Made by a program: the position numbers and the translations under genes. The notes beneath the pieces were generated by a model. The model had not been told where the DNA came from. It saw only the letters and a list, made by a program, of their open reading frames with translations, and did no database searches. Shown one piece after another: positions 25,501-38,952 of a stretch of DNA of 64,000 nucleotides. Every line of letters begins with the position of its first letter. Position 1 is the stretch's first letter. This stretch comes from Eledone cirrhosa (Eukaryota), in contig OZ024757.1 of NCBI GenBank assembly GCA_964016885.1, positions 8,866,001 through 8,930,000 of the forward strand, read 5' to 3'.

Positions 25501-26101
25501 CCGAGTGTAAACGCCTAGCCCAGACCCACTATAAGGGCTGGAGACACGATGTGATGGGCAGGGTGATCCACTGGCACCTGTGCAAAGTAAACAATTTACC
25601 ACATTCTGAGAAATGGTATGAGCATAGGACAGAGGCGGTGATGGAGAACAATCAGGTGAAGGTGCTGTGGGATTTTAGGATACAGACGGACAAAAAACTG
25701 GAACACAATAGACCTGACCTGGTGGTTGTGGACAAAGAAAAAAGATCGTGTCTGATTGTGGATGTGGCCTGCCCATTCGACCCGAGAGTGCAAGAGAAGG
25801 AGAGGGAGAAAATTAACCGATACCAGGACCTAAAATGGGAGGTGAAAAGGATTTGGAACTGCCATGAAGTCAAAGTGATCCCGATTGTCATAGGCACACT
25901 GGGGACTATCTCCAAAAGTTTCCAGGGATGGTTAAAGAAAATCGGCCCCTTCACGCTTTTTGGAGCGCTTCAAAAGGCATGCTTGCTTGGAACAGCAAGA
26001 ACCCTCCGATACGTCCTGAATATCTGAGGCTGCAGGTAGTGGCTTGATATTCAATCCAACGGACTTTCCAGTTAACTAACATCAATGACTGAGACTCAAG
26101 G
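22557..26101 (+). mobile_element. R4/Dong-clade non-LTR retrotransposon family A, copy 1 (ORF 22635-26027, one internal TGA at 24189-24191)
   Basis: R4-type N-terminus (WTKELNRTVMQCY..GYRRRMHNIW..EQKLAGQ), RT motifs [23 protein letters not shown] and FMDDLKL, CCHC, RLE PD..D motif. Flanked on both sides by (AAT)n. Confidence 0.95.
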
Positions 26102-26110
26102 AATAACAAC

Positions 26111-26140
<30 letters not shown>

Positions 26141-26142
<2 letters not shown>

Positions 26143-29100
26143 TTTCTTTATTAACCACAAGGGTTTACATAAATTAGACATTAAGGAGAGTGCAGGACAA
26201 TACAGGACGGTACAAATGGGCATTTCTGCGTGTAAAAAACAAAAACAGAGGATGTAACAAAAAATAAAAATGAAAAATTCCCCAATAGGGGGAAGACTTC
26301 GGAGGGACATTTGTGGAGAAAGCCCAGTAAAAGGCCACAATGACCCTGACCACCTAGCCAAGTGCCCTCTCCCAGTTTTCCACCTTTAATTTACAGATAT
26401 ATACTCAGAGTAGGCCCATTCACTCGGGCCATTCTTGCTTCTCTCACCCATCTTTCAACAAAATGCTGGGAAGAGAGCACTTCCCTCTCTACTCTGATTT
26501 TCCTTTTCAAATGAAATTTGAAAAAGTCAATCAGAGCATCACCGAAGAGGTAAGTGCTCGTCTTCAGCCCTTTCAAACGTGTCCACCATACTATCTCTTT
26601 CGCCATGGCCACCAGACAGATAAAAACTGCCTGCCCTTCCCGGCTAAAGGAGGAGGGCGGGGCAATCCTCACGATGGACTCAGATGATATCCGGATCCGT
26701 CCTAAACGCGACAGCAGGTGTTCGATATAAACCCACAAGTCAGCAATTTTCGGACACTGGACGAGTGTGTGCAGGCGGTTTCGTCGCCCTGCGCGCATCT
26801 CGGACATGCCCGGCTGACTGCACCTCCATGCCTGTAAAGTTTATCCCGAACTGGCAAGCCTCCTCGGTAGCACTGCCTGGCCAGAGATTTCTGGAAGTTG
26901 TCCATAGGCCCTGGCCCGAAAGTTCTTCCGAAGAGATTGGCTAGTTAATATTCGTCGACGCCTAGAGTTTTCCCAAGTACGTCGTCGCTCTTCCCCTCCA
27001 CTAATCCTCTATAGAACGCCGAGGTGGAGTTTCCACCGATCACATTGCCCGATTGGTCGAGGGCTGTGAGCGCCTGAAGACATTCCAGTCTCCAGGCGCT
27101 CCCTCTCGGTCTTCGCTTGATCCAGGACTGCAGCTCCGTCAAGGAAACGAGCTGGGGAAATACGTGTCTAGCAAACGGTGACCACACCTGATCACCGTCG
27201 AGGAAGAGGTGGAAATGTAGCCTGAGCGCGTGCCTGCGCATCATCAGCCACGGCATGCCCGGCCCTCCACGTAGCGGGTGTTGACAACAAATGCACCGCC
27301 TGACCATCGGAGCGCGTCCCTTCCACAAAAAGCGAAAGAGCAAACGCTCCAGCGCAGTCAGGCGAGGCTTAGGACAAGGTACGACGGTCAGGCGGTAGCA
27401 GATGACAGACGCGATGTACGCGTTAGCCACCTCCGCTCGACCTTTCAGGGATAGCTTCCTCTCCACCCATTTCTGTGTGAGAGAAGCCACCCTGCTCGTT
27501 ACCTCGTCCCAGTTTTTGTCCGTCTGGAGGTCCGGACCGAACCAGACCCCTAGCAATTTAACCGGTCCGTCCGTCCAGCGTCCGACGACGCTGTTGGACG
27601 GCATGGACCTGCCTCTCCAGGTGCCGAGCTGCAGGCCCACTGACTTTTCCTGGTTGATCATTGCTCCTGTCACCGCTTCGTATTCTCTTAGTGTAGTGCC
27701 GATCGCCTCGATGTGTTTGGCATTCGACACCACTACGGTGACATCGTCCGCATATGCTGACACGGATCTTCCGCATCCTAGTTCGCGTGGGACGCCCCTC
27801 AACGTCTCCAGTTTGTGCAGTAATGACTCGAGAGTCACTACGTACAAGAGGGACGAGAGGGGACATCCTTGGCGGACCGAGCGCATGATGTTGAACGGTT
27901 CCGACAGGTGACCGTTCACTCTCACCACAGAGCAGATGTCGCTGTGCATGGCAGTGATCCAGCCTCTGAAGACGGGCCCAAAGCCAGCCGCCCTCAGGAC
28001 TACCGCTAGTTAACGATGGTCGACCCTATCGAAAGCTTTCGACTGATCTAAATTGATCAAGGACCCACCCGTGCCAGGTTCCTTAGCTACCCTCTCTACG
28101 GTGTATCGCATGAGGTGGAGGTTGTCGTGGATGGGTCTGTCGGGAATGGCGCATGTCTGCGCCTCTCCCACCAGACCACCAATGACAAGCGCCAACCACT
28201 TTGCTAGCACCTTGGCCAAAATCTTGAACTCTGTGTTTAGCAGAGTTATGGGCCGGAAATTATCTATGTTATCCCCCTTGTTTGGATCCTTTCTCAGCAG
28301 TTCCACCGCTCCTCGGCTCACAGAACTGGGAATTCTCCCGTTCTGTTGCCAGTTGCAGTAGACGTCCGCCAAGAGGCCTCCGAACAAGTCTGGCATCTGT
28401 ACGTAAAGTTCATAAGGCAGACCATCCAAACCAGGCGATTTACCCCTTGTGCAGCCAGTCATTGCCTCCCTTACTTCAGCGGCTGTTATCTGCTTTTCGC
28501 AACACTTCGCCTCAGTGGCCGAGAGCCGCGGCAGTCCGTCGCGGTAGACACTAAAGTCCATCCCTCGACCCGGCCCACCGCTGCCCCCGAACAGCTGAGC
28601 GAAGTGTTGCTGAAAAGCTTCACACATTTGCCCGGGATCGAGTACCATGCGCCCGTCGTGGTCCACCAAAGACCGGATCGTGGCTTTGTTGCCACGACGC
28701 GCCTCCGCCACTCGGGCCCATTGAACGGCTTTCGTCCCCTCGTGTCTGAGAGCACGCACCCTTGCTCTGACAACGCTGCCTTCGTGCTTTGCATTGAAGA
28801 ATTGGTCAAGGGCCAATTTCGCCGCAAGCACGTCGGTCGCAATGCCTTTGCTAAGCGCCTTGTCTAATTTTCTAACTAGTTCTCCCTCTGCTCTATTTTT
28901 CTCTATTGCAAAAGCCTTACTAAACCTAATGGATTCTATTCTAATCGCTCTTTTCAGAGCAAACCACCACTTGTTGTTGATGATGGCCCCCGTCAACGCC
29001 CGCTTAACTAGTTCGCTAATCCGGTCTCTGTAGGCCTTGCGCGCTGGTAAGGACGCGTTTAGCTTCCAGTAGCCGGGTCCTCGTCTATGAAGCCTATCTA

Positions 29101-32100
29101 AGTCAAGCACACAGATCACGAATTTGTGGTCCGTGTAGCTGACTATCTTGAATTGTGGACAGCCTATGCTAGACCTATCTATTTCCCTACAAAATACTCT
29201 ATCTAGATATGATCTGGATGACCCTATGCGATTTGTCCAAGTCCACATTGGCACATTCGGGAAATCCAATTGGTACCTGTCAGACAGTTCAAAACGTCTG
29301 AGCAGGTTGGTGAGGCTCTTGAAAACTCCACCCCTATCCGCTAATCCCACAAAGTCCAGGCGTGCATCTAAGATCCCGTTCCAGTCGCCCACTAACACTA
29401 AAGAGCGGGACGTTCCAAGAAAGGTCTCCAGACGCCGGAAGAAATCAGGCCGCCCTGCTCCTGTCGGGGTATAGACGGCCACTAGCCTGAAAGCTTGCCC
29501 GTCTCCGCTGGTCACGTCCAGCACCACCAGCTTACCCTCTGGGTCCAGGAAGATGGCCCGTATGGCGAGATCCAAACCTCTCCGAAAAAGCACAGCAACT
29601 CCTCCCCCCGATCCAGGACGGCTGGGAGATGCGTACACATCGTAGCCGCCGAAGATCGGTGCGAAGGCCCGTGCTTCTGAGATTCTGGTCTCGCTGATGG
29701 CCACTACATCTATGTTTAGTGACCTGAGGTCGTTGAGCAGGTGACCCTGCTTCCATGACGACCCCAAGCCACGCGCATTTATGCTGCCTATTCTGAGTGA
29801 GGTCATGTTTAAAATAGAGTGGAAAAGATGGGAAAGACCACTTACCGTACTTTTCGAAGAGGAGGGATGGTTTTTACATCTCTTTTCACTTGATCGTCTG
29901 GTGAAGGGACCGTTGAATCGTCCCTTCGGCTAGTCGTCGGCTCTTCTATGAGAATGTCTGAATATACTCTTCGATTGATAGTTCCTCCTAGGTCCCTGAA
30001 ATCACCAACTGCGTTGGGGAATTTCGTTTTAATGTTTGTGTATTGTTTCTGTGCTAGTTTTAGCAGTCTTATGTTAGTTGGCGTTTTGATTGGTGCTGGT
30101 ATTATGTAGTCGTGTTGTGAAATGTCTGTGTGTTCAATTATGTAAGTCATTATTTTCTTGTTGTGTGTATTTATTGCCGTGCATTTGTTTTTCTTGGGGT
30201 GGGGTGTGGTTCTGCTATTTTCTTGTCGTTGTTGCTGGGTGTGTGTGTCTTGTTGTGTTTGCGATGTTGGTGCTTGTGGTGGTGGTGTTGAAGGTGTTGT
30301 TGGCGGTGGGGTTGTCGCCGGTGGTGATGGTGGTGCTAGTGTGGGTGGTGATGGTGTTGGTGGTGTTGCTGCTGTGGGTCTCTTTGCAGTAGACTTTACC
30401 CTTTTTTCATTTCTTTCCTCCCTTTTCAAAGGCGATGATGCGCTGCTTCTGCGTTTGTGCCTTCTTACGACCTTTTGCCATCCCTCTTCCACCTCACACT
30501 CCATGTCTGATTCTGTGAGGTCGGGGAGGGGTACCAGCTCCACTCTTTCACTTGTTGTTGTTGGTGATGTTTGCAGTGGAGTCTCTGTTGGAGCTGCTGT
30601 TGATATTATTGTTGTTGTTGTTAATACTTCCACTGCTGTTGCTGTTCTTGATTTCCGTGGCGGGGTATGGGTGCCACGGTCCTATCGTTCCTGGTTGCCG
30701 CTTGTCCTGTTGCTGGTAGCAGTGGAGCCGGTTTCGGTAGGAGGGGGTTTTCTCCTTTCTCAGGGTCTTCTCGTTGCAGAAGGCCCTGAGCTGAGTCTTC
30801 GATCTACAGCGAAAGCATTTTGGGCGTTTGCCCTCAACACTTATGGGCAGTTGAGTGCCGTTATCGAAGTCTATTACATCCAGGATAGCTTCCATGCACT
30901 CCTGGTTGGTTTGCATTAACATCTCAATGGCGGTGCCGACCCAATCTTCTCTTACTCTTTTCTGTACTTGCAGTACAGTTGTTTTGTCCTCGATTCCGAC
31001 GAGGACAGACGCGGCCAGCCAAGAAGGGGCCATCCCGGGGGGGGGGGGGGTCAGTTTGACACTCACAATTTTTTCCCGCAGTAGGAGGGCACCAACACCA
31101 TTTCCTCGCTCCTTAGGGTCACTACGGATTGAGCCTTTGCCTCCTGGGGTGTGGCAAAAAGCACGTCTACGGTGGCATATTTCTTGCCTCGGGTGATATG
31201 CGTTTTACGCTGCCACAGAGACCCTAAGGCTTTTTGTATTTGAGCCTCTGTGGCTCTTTCAACCCTACGGGATTTTGTGCTTACTGTACAGTACGTGACC
31301 GTACAGTGCTATTGGGTTTCGAAAAATGTTTCGGCTGCCTTGCAGATTGCTCGGTGTCCGGTTTTCGTCACCATCTTCTTCGCTTCATCTAATTCCTCAT
31401 TTGCTATGATGATGGTTTCCAGGTTCTTTGCGATACCTGCAAACGAGGTTGGTTTTTCTTTGCTGCTGTTGTTGTTGTTGTTGTTGTCGTAAGAGCTGCT
31501 GTTACTTTTGTTGTTGCTGCAGGTAGTACGACTACTGCCGCCGTCGCTGTTGCTGTGGTTGTTGTTGCTGTTGTTGCTGTTGCTGCTAATGCTGTTGTTG
31601 TTTATGATGCTGCTGATGCTGCTTCGGCTGCTACTGTTGTTTTACTTGTCACTGTTGCTGCTGCTGCTGTTATTACGGCTGCTACTGCTATTATTCATGA
31701 CGTCAGACGAATGAAATGGCTTTTCGTATTTGCGGCACACCTTTTTCGTCGTTGTCGTCGTCGTGGAGAAATGTTCCATGCTTTGCACGTGATTTTGTAA
31801 ACTATTTTTCTTTACTGGCGTCGCTTGCGAAAGAGAAGGGAGGGAGAGAGACAATCTTCTCTCTGCTGTAGTGACGATTGAGGAAGAAGACGGAATGAGT
31901 GGGAGTGACTTGTGAAAATTATTTTTCGTAGCCATGTTTTTTTTTGACTTAAAATAAATATTGGGCACAAAACCCAATAAGCGGTTATTTAACCCCGAAG
32001 GGCCAAATAACGGACAGAAAGACCCCTCTCACGAGGAGGAGGGTGTTTTTGTCTACAATTTGGTTAAAGTTTTAAACAATTTACAATTGTTATAGCGGTC

Positions 32101-32149
32101 AAAATTTACAATACCTTACAGAGCCGAGCCTCGGTCAACCATGGCATTC
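26141..32149 (-). mobile_element. Full-length Tx1-clade LINE subfamily A, copy 1 (ORF1 31935-29842; ORF2 29806-26391)
   Basis: ORF2 has APE (SINARGL, SET, GDWN, SYLDR, TDH), RT (YADD) and CPRC. ORF1 is low-complexity with a degenerate zinc knuckle. Stops at 28010 and 26945. (AAT)n at both ends; AATAAA just before the 3' end. Confidence 0.95.
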
Positions 32150-32200
<51 letters not shown>

Positions 32201-32201
<1 letters not shown>

Positions 32202-35200
32202 GTGATTTCTTTATTAACCACAAGGGTTTACATAAAGTAGACATTAAAGACAGTACAGTACAATACAGGACGGTTCAAATGGGCCTTTCTGCGTGTAAAA
32301 TAAAAAAGTGTGTAATAAAAAATAATGAAAAATTCCCCAATGGGGGGGAGACTTCCGAGGGACATTTGTGGAGAAAGCCCATTAAAAGGCCACAGTGACC
32401 CTGACCACCAAGGCAAGTGCCAGTTTTCCACCTTTAATTTACAGACACATACTCAGAGTAACAAAATACTGGGAAGAGAGCACAAATGATATTTGAAAAA
32501 GTCAATCAGGGCATCACCGAAGAGGTAAGTGCTCGTCTTCAGCCCTTTCAAACATGTCCACCATACTATCTCTTTCGCCATGGCCACCAGACGGATAAAA
32601 ACTGCCTACCCTTCCCGGCTAAAGGAAGAGGGCGGGGCAATCCTCACGATGGACTCAGCTGATAGCCGGATCTGTCCTACTCGCGACAGCAAGTGTTCCA
32701 CATAAACCCACAAGTCAGCAATTCTCGGACACTGGACGAGTGCGTGCAGGACGGTTTCGTCGCCCTGCGCGCATCTCGGACATGCCCGGCTGACGGCACC
32801 TCCATGCCTGTAGAGTTTATATATAACTGGCAAGGCGCCTCGGTAGCACTGCCAGGCCAGGGGTTTCTGGTAGTTATCCATAGGCCCCGGCCCGAAAGTT
32901 CTTCCGAAGAGATTGGCTAGTTGATTTTCGTCGACGTCTAGAGTTTCCCCAAGTACGTCGTCGCTCTTTCCCTGCACTAATCCTCTATAGAACGCCGATG
33001 TGGAGTTTCCACCGATCACATTGCCCAATTGGTCGAGGGCTGTGAGCGCCTGAAGACATTCCAGTCTCCAAGCGCTCCCTCTCGGTCTTCGCTTGACCCA
33101 GAACTGCAGCTCCGTCAAGGAAACGAGCTGGGGAAAGACGTGACTAGCAAACGGTGACCACACCTGATCACCGTCAAAGAAGAAGTGGAGATGTTCTGGC
33201 ATGAGCGCGCGTCTGCGCATCATCAGCCACGGCATACCCAGCCCTCCACGTAGCGGGTGTTGACAGCAGATCGACCGCCTGACCATCGGAGCGCGTCCCT
33301 TCCACAAAAAGCGAAAGAGCAAACGCTCCAGCGCAGTCAGGCGGGGCTTAGGACAAGGTACGATGGTCAGGCGGTAGCAGATGACAGACGCGATGTACGC
33401 GTTAGCCACCTCTGCTCGACCTTTCAGGGATAGCTTCCTCTCCGTCCATTTCTGGGTGAGAGAAGCCACCCTGCACGTCACCTGGTCCCAGTTTTTGTCT
33501 GTCTGGAGGTCCGGACCAAACCAGACCCCTAGCAATTTAACCGGTCCGTCCGTCCAGCGTCCGACGACGCTATTTGACGGCATGGACTTGCTCTCCAGGT
33601 GGCGAGCTGCAGGCCCACTGACTTTTCCTGGTTGATCATTGCTCCTGTCACCGCTTCGTATTCCCTTAGTGTAGTGCCGATCGCCTCGATGTGTTTGGCG
33701 TTCGATACCACTACGGTGATATCGTCCGCATATGCTGACACGGATCTTCCGCATCCTAGTTCGCGCGGGACTCCCCTTAACGTCTCCAATTTGTGCAGTA
33801 ATGGCTCGAGAGTCAATACGTACAAGTGGTACGAGAGGAGACATCCTTGGCGGACCGAACGCATGATGTTGAACGGTTCCGACAGGTGACCGTTCACTCT
33901 CACCAGAGAACAGATGTCGCTGTGCATGGCAGCGATCAAGCCTCTGAAACGGGCCCAAAGCCAGCCGCCTTCAGGACTGCCGCCAGGTAACGATGGTCGA
34001 CCCTATCGAAAGCTTTCGACTGATCTAAATTGATCAATCCACCCGTGGCAGGTTCCCTAGCTACCCTCTCTACGAGGTGGAGGTTGTCGTGGATGGATCT
34101 GTCGGGAATGGCGCATGTCTGCACCTCTCCCACCAGACCACCAACGACAAGCGCTAACCTCTTTTCTAGCCCCTTGGCCAAATTCTTGAACTCTGTGTTT
34201 AGCAGAGTTATGGGCCTGAAATTATCTGTTATCCTCCATGTTCGGATCCTTTCTCAGCATCGTCACCGCTCCTGGGCTCACAGATCTGGGAATTCTCCCG
34301 TTCTGTTGCCAGTTGCAGTAGATGTTCGCCAAGAAGCCTCCGAACAAGTCTGGCATCTGTAAGTAAAGTTCATAGGGCAGACCCACCAAACCAGGCGATT
34401 TACCCCTTGTGCAGCCAGTCATTGCCTCCCGTACTTCAGCGGCTGTTATCGGCTTTTCGCAACACTCCGCCTCAGTGGCCGAGAACCGCGGCAGCCCGTC
34501 GACGTAGCCACTAAAGTCCATCCCTCGATCCGGCCCGCCGCTGCCCCCGAACAGCTGAGCGAAGTGTCGCTGAAAAGCTTCACACATTTGCCCGGGATCG
34601 AGTACGATGCGCCCGTCGTGGTCCAACAAAGACCGGATCGTGGCTTTGTTGCCACGACGCGCCTCCGCCACTCGGGCCCATTGAACGGCTTTCGTCCCCT
34701 CGTATCTGAGAGCACGCACCCTAGCTCTGAGAACGCAGCCTTCGTACTTTGCATTGAAGAATTGGTCAAGGGCCAATTTCGCCGCAAGTACGTCGGTCGC
34801 GATGCCTTTGCTAAGCGCCTCGTCTAATTTTCTAACTAGTTCTCCCTCTGCTCTATTTTTCTCTATAGCTAAAGCCTTACTAAACCTAATGGACTCTATT
34901 CTAATCGCTCTTTTCAGAGCCAACCACCACTTGTTGTTGACGATGGCAACCCTCAACACCCGCTTAATGAGTTTGCCCAATCCGGTCTCTGTATGCCTTG
35001 CGGGCTGGTAAGGACGCGTTTAGCTTCCAGTAGCCGGGTCCTCGTCTATGAAGCCTATCTTAGTCAAGCACACAGATCACGATTTTGGGGTCCGTGTAGC
35101 TGACTATCTTGATATTTTGAATTGTGGACAGCCTATGCTAGACCTATCTATTTCCCTACAAATTAATATATCTAGATATGATCTGGATGACCCAATGCGT

Positions 35201-37971
35201 TTTGGCCAAGTCCACAATGGCACATTCGGGAAATCCAATCGGTACCTGTCAGACAGTTCAAAACGCCTGAGCAGATATGCGAGTCTCTTGCACCCACCTC
35301 CCCTATAAGCTAATCCCACACACTCCCAGCGTGCATCTAAGATCCCGTTCCAGTCGCCCACTAACACTAAAGAGCGGGACGTTCCAAGAATGGTCTCCAG
35401 ACGCCGGGAGAAATCAGGCCGCCCTGCTGCTGTCAGCCACTAGCCTGAAAGCTTTCCCGTCTCCGCTGGTCACGTTCAGCACCACTAACTTACCTTCTGG
35501 GTCCAGGAAGATGGCCCGTATGGTGAGATCCAAACCTCTCCGAAAAAGCACAGCAACTCCTCCCCCACGATCCAGGACGGTTGAGAGATGCGAACACATC
35601 GTAGCCGCCGAAGATCGGTGCGAAGGCCCGTGCTTCGTAGATTCTGGCCTCGCTGATGGCCACTACATCTATGTTTAGTGACCTGAGGTCGTTGAGCAGG
35701 TGGCCCTGCTTTCATGACGACCCCAAGTCACGCGGATTTATGCTGCCTATTCTGAGTGTGGTCATGTTGAAATGGAGTTGAAAAGAAGGGAAAGACCACT
35801 TACCTTACTTCTCGTAGAGAAAGGATGGTTTCTCCATCCTTTTCACTGCTTCTGGCCTCCTCCGGAAGGATGTCCTTATAAATCCTCCTGGAGAGTGCTT
35901 GTCGGAAATCTCCGATGTCTTTGGGAAATGTTTGTTTTAATGTCGTGTACGTTTTCTGTGTGATGCGAGTGATTTTTATGTGTGTAGGTTGTGTGAACTT
36001 TTGGGGTGTTGTGTATTCTTTTTCTGTGGTTCTGGTGTTGTGTTGGATGTAGTGTAGTAATTGGTTGTTGTTCAAATGCAATTCTGTGTCGTGTGTATAG
36101 TTTTGGTTGTTTTGTTTTGATTGCGTTTGTGGTGGGTTTGTTTCTGTTTCGCTTTTTGGTGACTTTTGTGGTGTTGGTGATGGTGGTGTTGGGGTTAATG
36201 ATGGTGATGGTGTTGGTGTTTGTGGTGATGGGGTTGGTCATGCTGGTGTGGATGGTGGCATAGCTGTCCTAACTTTTTTTGTTTGATAGTTTATTTGTTT
36301 CTCTCTGTATTTTGTTTTTGGAGGGGGAAGGAAGAGGATTTTTTTCTTTTTAGGCTTCTTTTTCTTTTTTTCTATTTTTGCTTCTTTTCCTTTTTTTCTT
36401 TTTTCCTGATACCGTTTTCCACTCCTCGTCGTCACAATCTGTCTCCAGTTGCGATAGGTCGGGGAGTGGAAAATCCTCCACAGGCGTTAGTTTTGGTTGT
36501 GGCGTGGTGGATGGTGTAGGCGCTGGTGCTAGTTCTGAAGCGTTGGGTGGTGGTAGTGTTCGTTTTGCTACTGTTGCTGGGGTTGCTGCTGCTACAGTTG
36601 CTTCTATTGTTGCTGCTACAGTTGTTGCTGCCATTTCTGCTGCTGGTGGTGTTGATGGTTGAGCCACTGGGGTGGGTAAGAGAGGTGGCCTCAACTTTTT
36701 AACCTGAGGGCAGAAAGCCCTTAGGTTGGTTCCTTCACCACAAACGACACACCTAGGCCTTATACCCTCGACGATTACGGTGAGGTAGCTGCCGTCAGTG
36801 AGATCTATTACCTCTGGGATTTCCTGAATGCTTTTTTGGTCCGCTTGGATCAGGAGCTCCATCCCAGATCCGGACCAGTTCTCCTGCTTTTCATTTTGCT
36901 ATTTCGATTATTTTAGTTTTGGCCTCGATGTCGGCGAGGACGGCAGCCATTACCCAGGAAATTTCGATGGCTGGTGGAACGTGGATCACCCTGATCTTTA
37001 TGAGTCTCTGGCCACAATAGTTTGGGACGAGTGTGAAGTCGTCGCTTCTTAATGGGGCCATGGAGTACTCTCTGGCCTCCTGTGGTGTTCCAAAGAACAC
37101 GTCCACGATTCCATATTTCTGCCCACGTCTGATGTGGGTTTTTTTGCCCACACATGTCCCAAAGCTTTTTGGATTTGGGACTCTGATGCCCGTTCCACTT
37201 GGCGCGATTTTATGTTAATCGTCCGATAAGACACGATGCATAGGCGCCGATGCTCCATTTCTATTAGGTGGGGGGGCTGTACCTGTACCCATCTTTCTTT
37301 ACCATTCTCTTGGTTTCATCTAATTCTTCCTGAGTTACCTCGATTGTTTCGCATTTTTGGGCTGCTTTGGCAAAGGACACGGTGGTGTTGATGTGTTTGT
37401 TGTTATTCTCATTGTTGTTGTTGCTCTTGTTGTTATTGTTATTTTTATTATTGTTATTTTTAGTTTCAGTTGTGGAGGTGGTGGTGGCGTCAGTGGTGTT
37501 CGGTGTGGAAGAGTCGATTCTAGCTGAATCCATTTCGATGTCACGAGATAATTTTTTTTTGTTTCTGTTATCGCTGTGGTGGTGGTGGGGGTGGCGGCTT
37601 CAACACCTGCAGTCAGTGGTAATGGCGGGAAATGAATGTATGCATGAGACAAATTTAATTTATTGCTACTGCTTATATTTTTAGTGTTGGCAAACGTAGT
37701 AATATTTACAATGGTGGTGTCGGTGTGAGGTGTTAATTTGTGAGGAAGGCTCTCAGCCAGGTGTAGCTGTGAGTCGTCCATGTTTTTTTCAAACTAATTT
37801 TTTGTTTGATAATTATAAAAGTTTAAATTTTGGGCTCAAGGCCCCAATCTTTTTGAGTGCCCTTTTCCGAGAGCAAATTATGTGACCTTATAAACACCTA
37901 ACAACAAAAATTTTCCATAAATGGCAATTTGAAACAACTGAAAACAACAAACCTTTGCGGAGCTCACGATG
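32201..37971 (-). mobile_element. Near full-length Tx1-clade LINE subfamily B, copy 1 (ORF1 37781-35800; ORF2 from 35765, frameshifted)
   Basis: ORF2 and 3' UTR align closely with subfamily A, while the 5' UTR and ORF1 differ. (AAT)n at both ends. Confidence 0.95.
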
Positions 37972-38028
<57 letters not shown>

Positions 38029-38030
<2 letters not shown>

Positions 38031-38952
38031 CCACCGAATCAAGTCCCATAAAATTTCGGATCCATATTATATTGTTATATCGCTCAAATATTCAATTTTG
38101 TATTATATATTTTGTATTCAAAAAAGAAAATGGCTATAAATGGAAGAAAACACCCTCTGTCTACACTATATAGAACAGCCAAATAACAGCAATTTCACCA
38201 ACACCAGAAACTTGATGCACCACCTACCCCATCACACTAAATATAACAGCCAGATAACGGCAATTTCACCACCACCACCACCAATCCCAGCATCATAATA
38301 ATAATTACTATTATTATTGTCTCAATTGCACTGGGTAATTGGTGGCCTTGTGCCTAAAATAGAAACAATTATTATTGTCTCAAGTTTTAACAAAATGTTT
38401 AATTCCAATTTAACGGGAATATGTCAACACAATATATATTAAACATACGCGACACAAACTCATAGATACTACATATCACAAAACTCAGTAACGACAACGC
38501 CACCGCCGCCACCACTCCATCCATCATTGCTACCACTATCCCATCACCGCCGCCACCACTCCTTCATTGCTACCACCACTATTCCCCTGTTAACTTGAGA
38601 GAGAATGGGGAAGGTGGCGGTATCACTTGACAAGGGAGAGGCTAGCAAAAGATATAAATAGATTGACTTAGTGACCGGCCAAACGTCAACATCAACAACT
38701 ATGGCACTGCTGGCTCACCCCTTCCTCACCAACAATATAAAAAGCCCCAGCACCCCCACCGACATAGCCAACAACAATAACAGGCAACTTCAGCAAAAAG
38801 TATATTATATTATTGTAATGCACTGGGTGATTGCTGGCCTTGTGCCTGGAGTGGAGACAATTATTAATAATTTCATTCTTAAGCCACGCAATGCTCACAT
38901 TAAGGAACCACTCATGATAATAACAATTTAAAAAAAAACAACAAAAAGAAAA
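38029..38952 (+). repeat. Shared leader, copy 2 (R4B-associated; SINE-tail fragments; ends in an A-rich tract)
   Basis: Same blocks as copy 1; GATATAAATAGA at about 38651. Paralogous to 56718-57557. Confidence 0.85.

Noticed and set aside
38671-38931. Leader ORF MALLAHPFLTNNIKS... conserved at 57294-57524
   Set aside because: It runs through a SINE tail fragment, and the conservation is explained by recent duplication.
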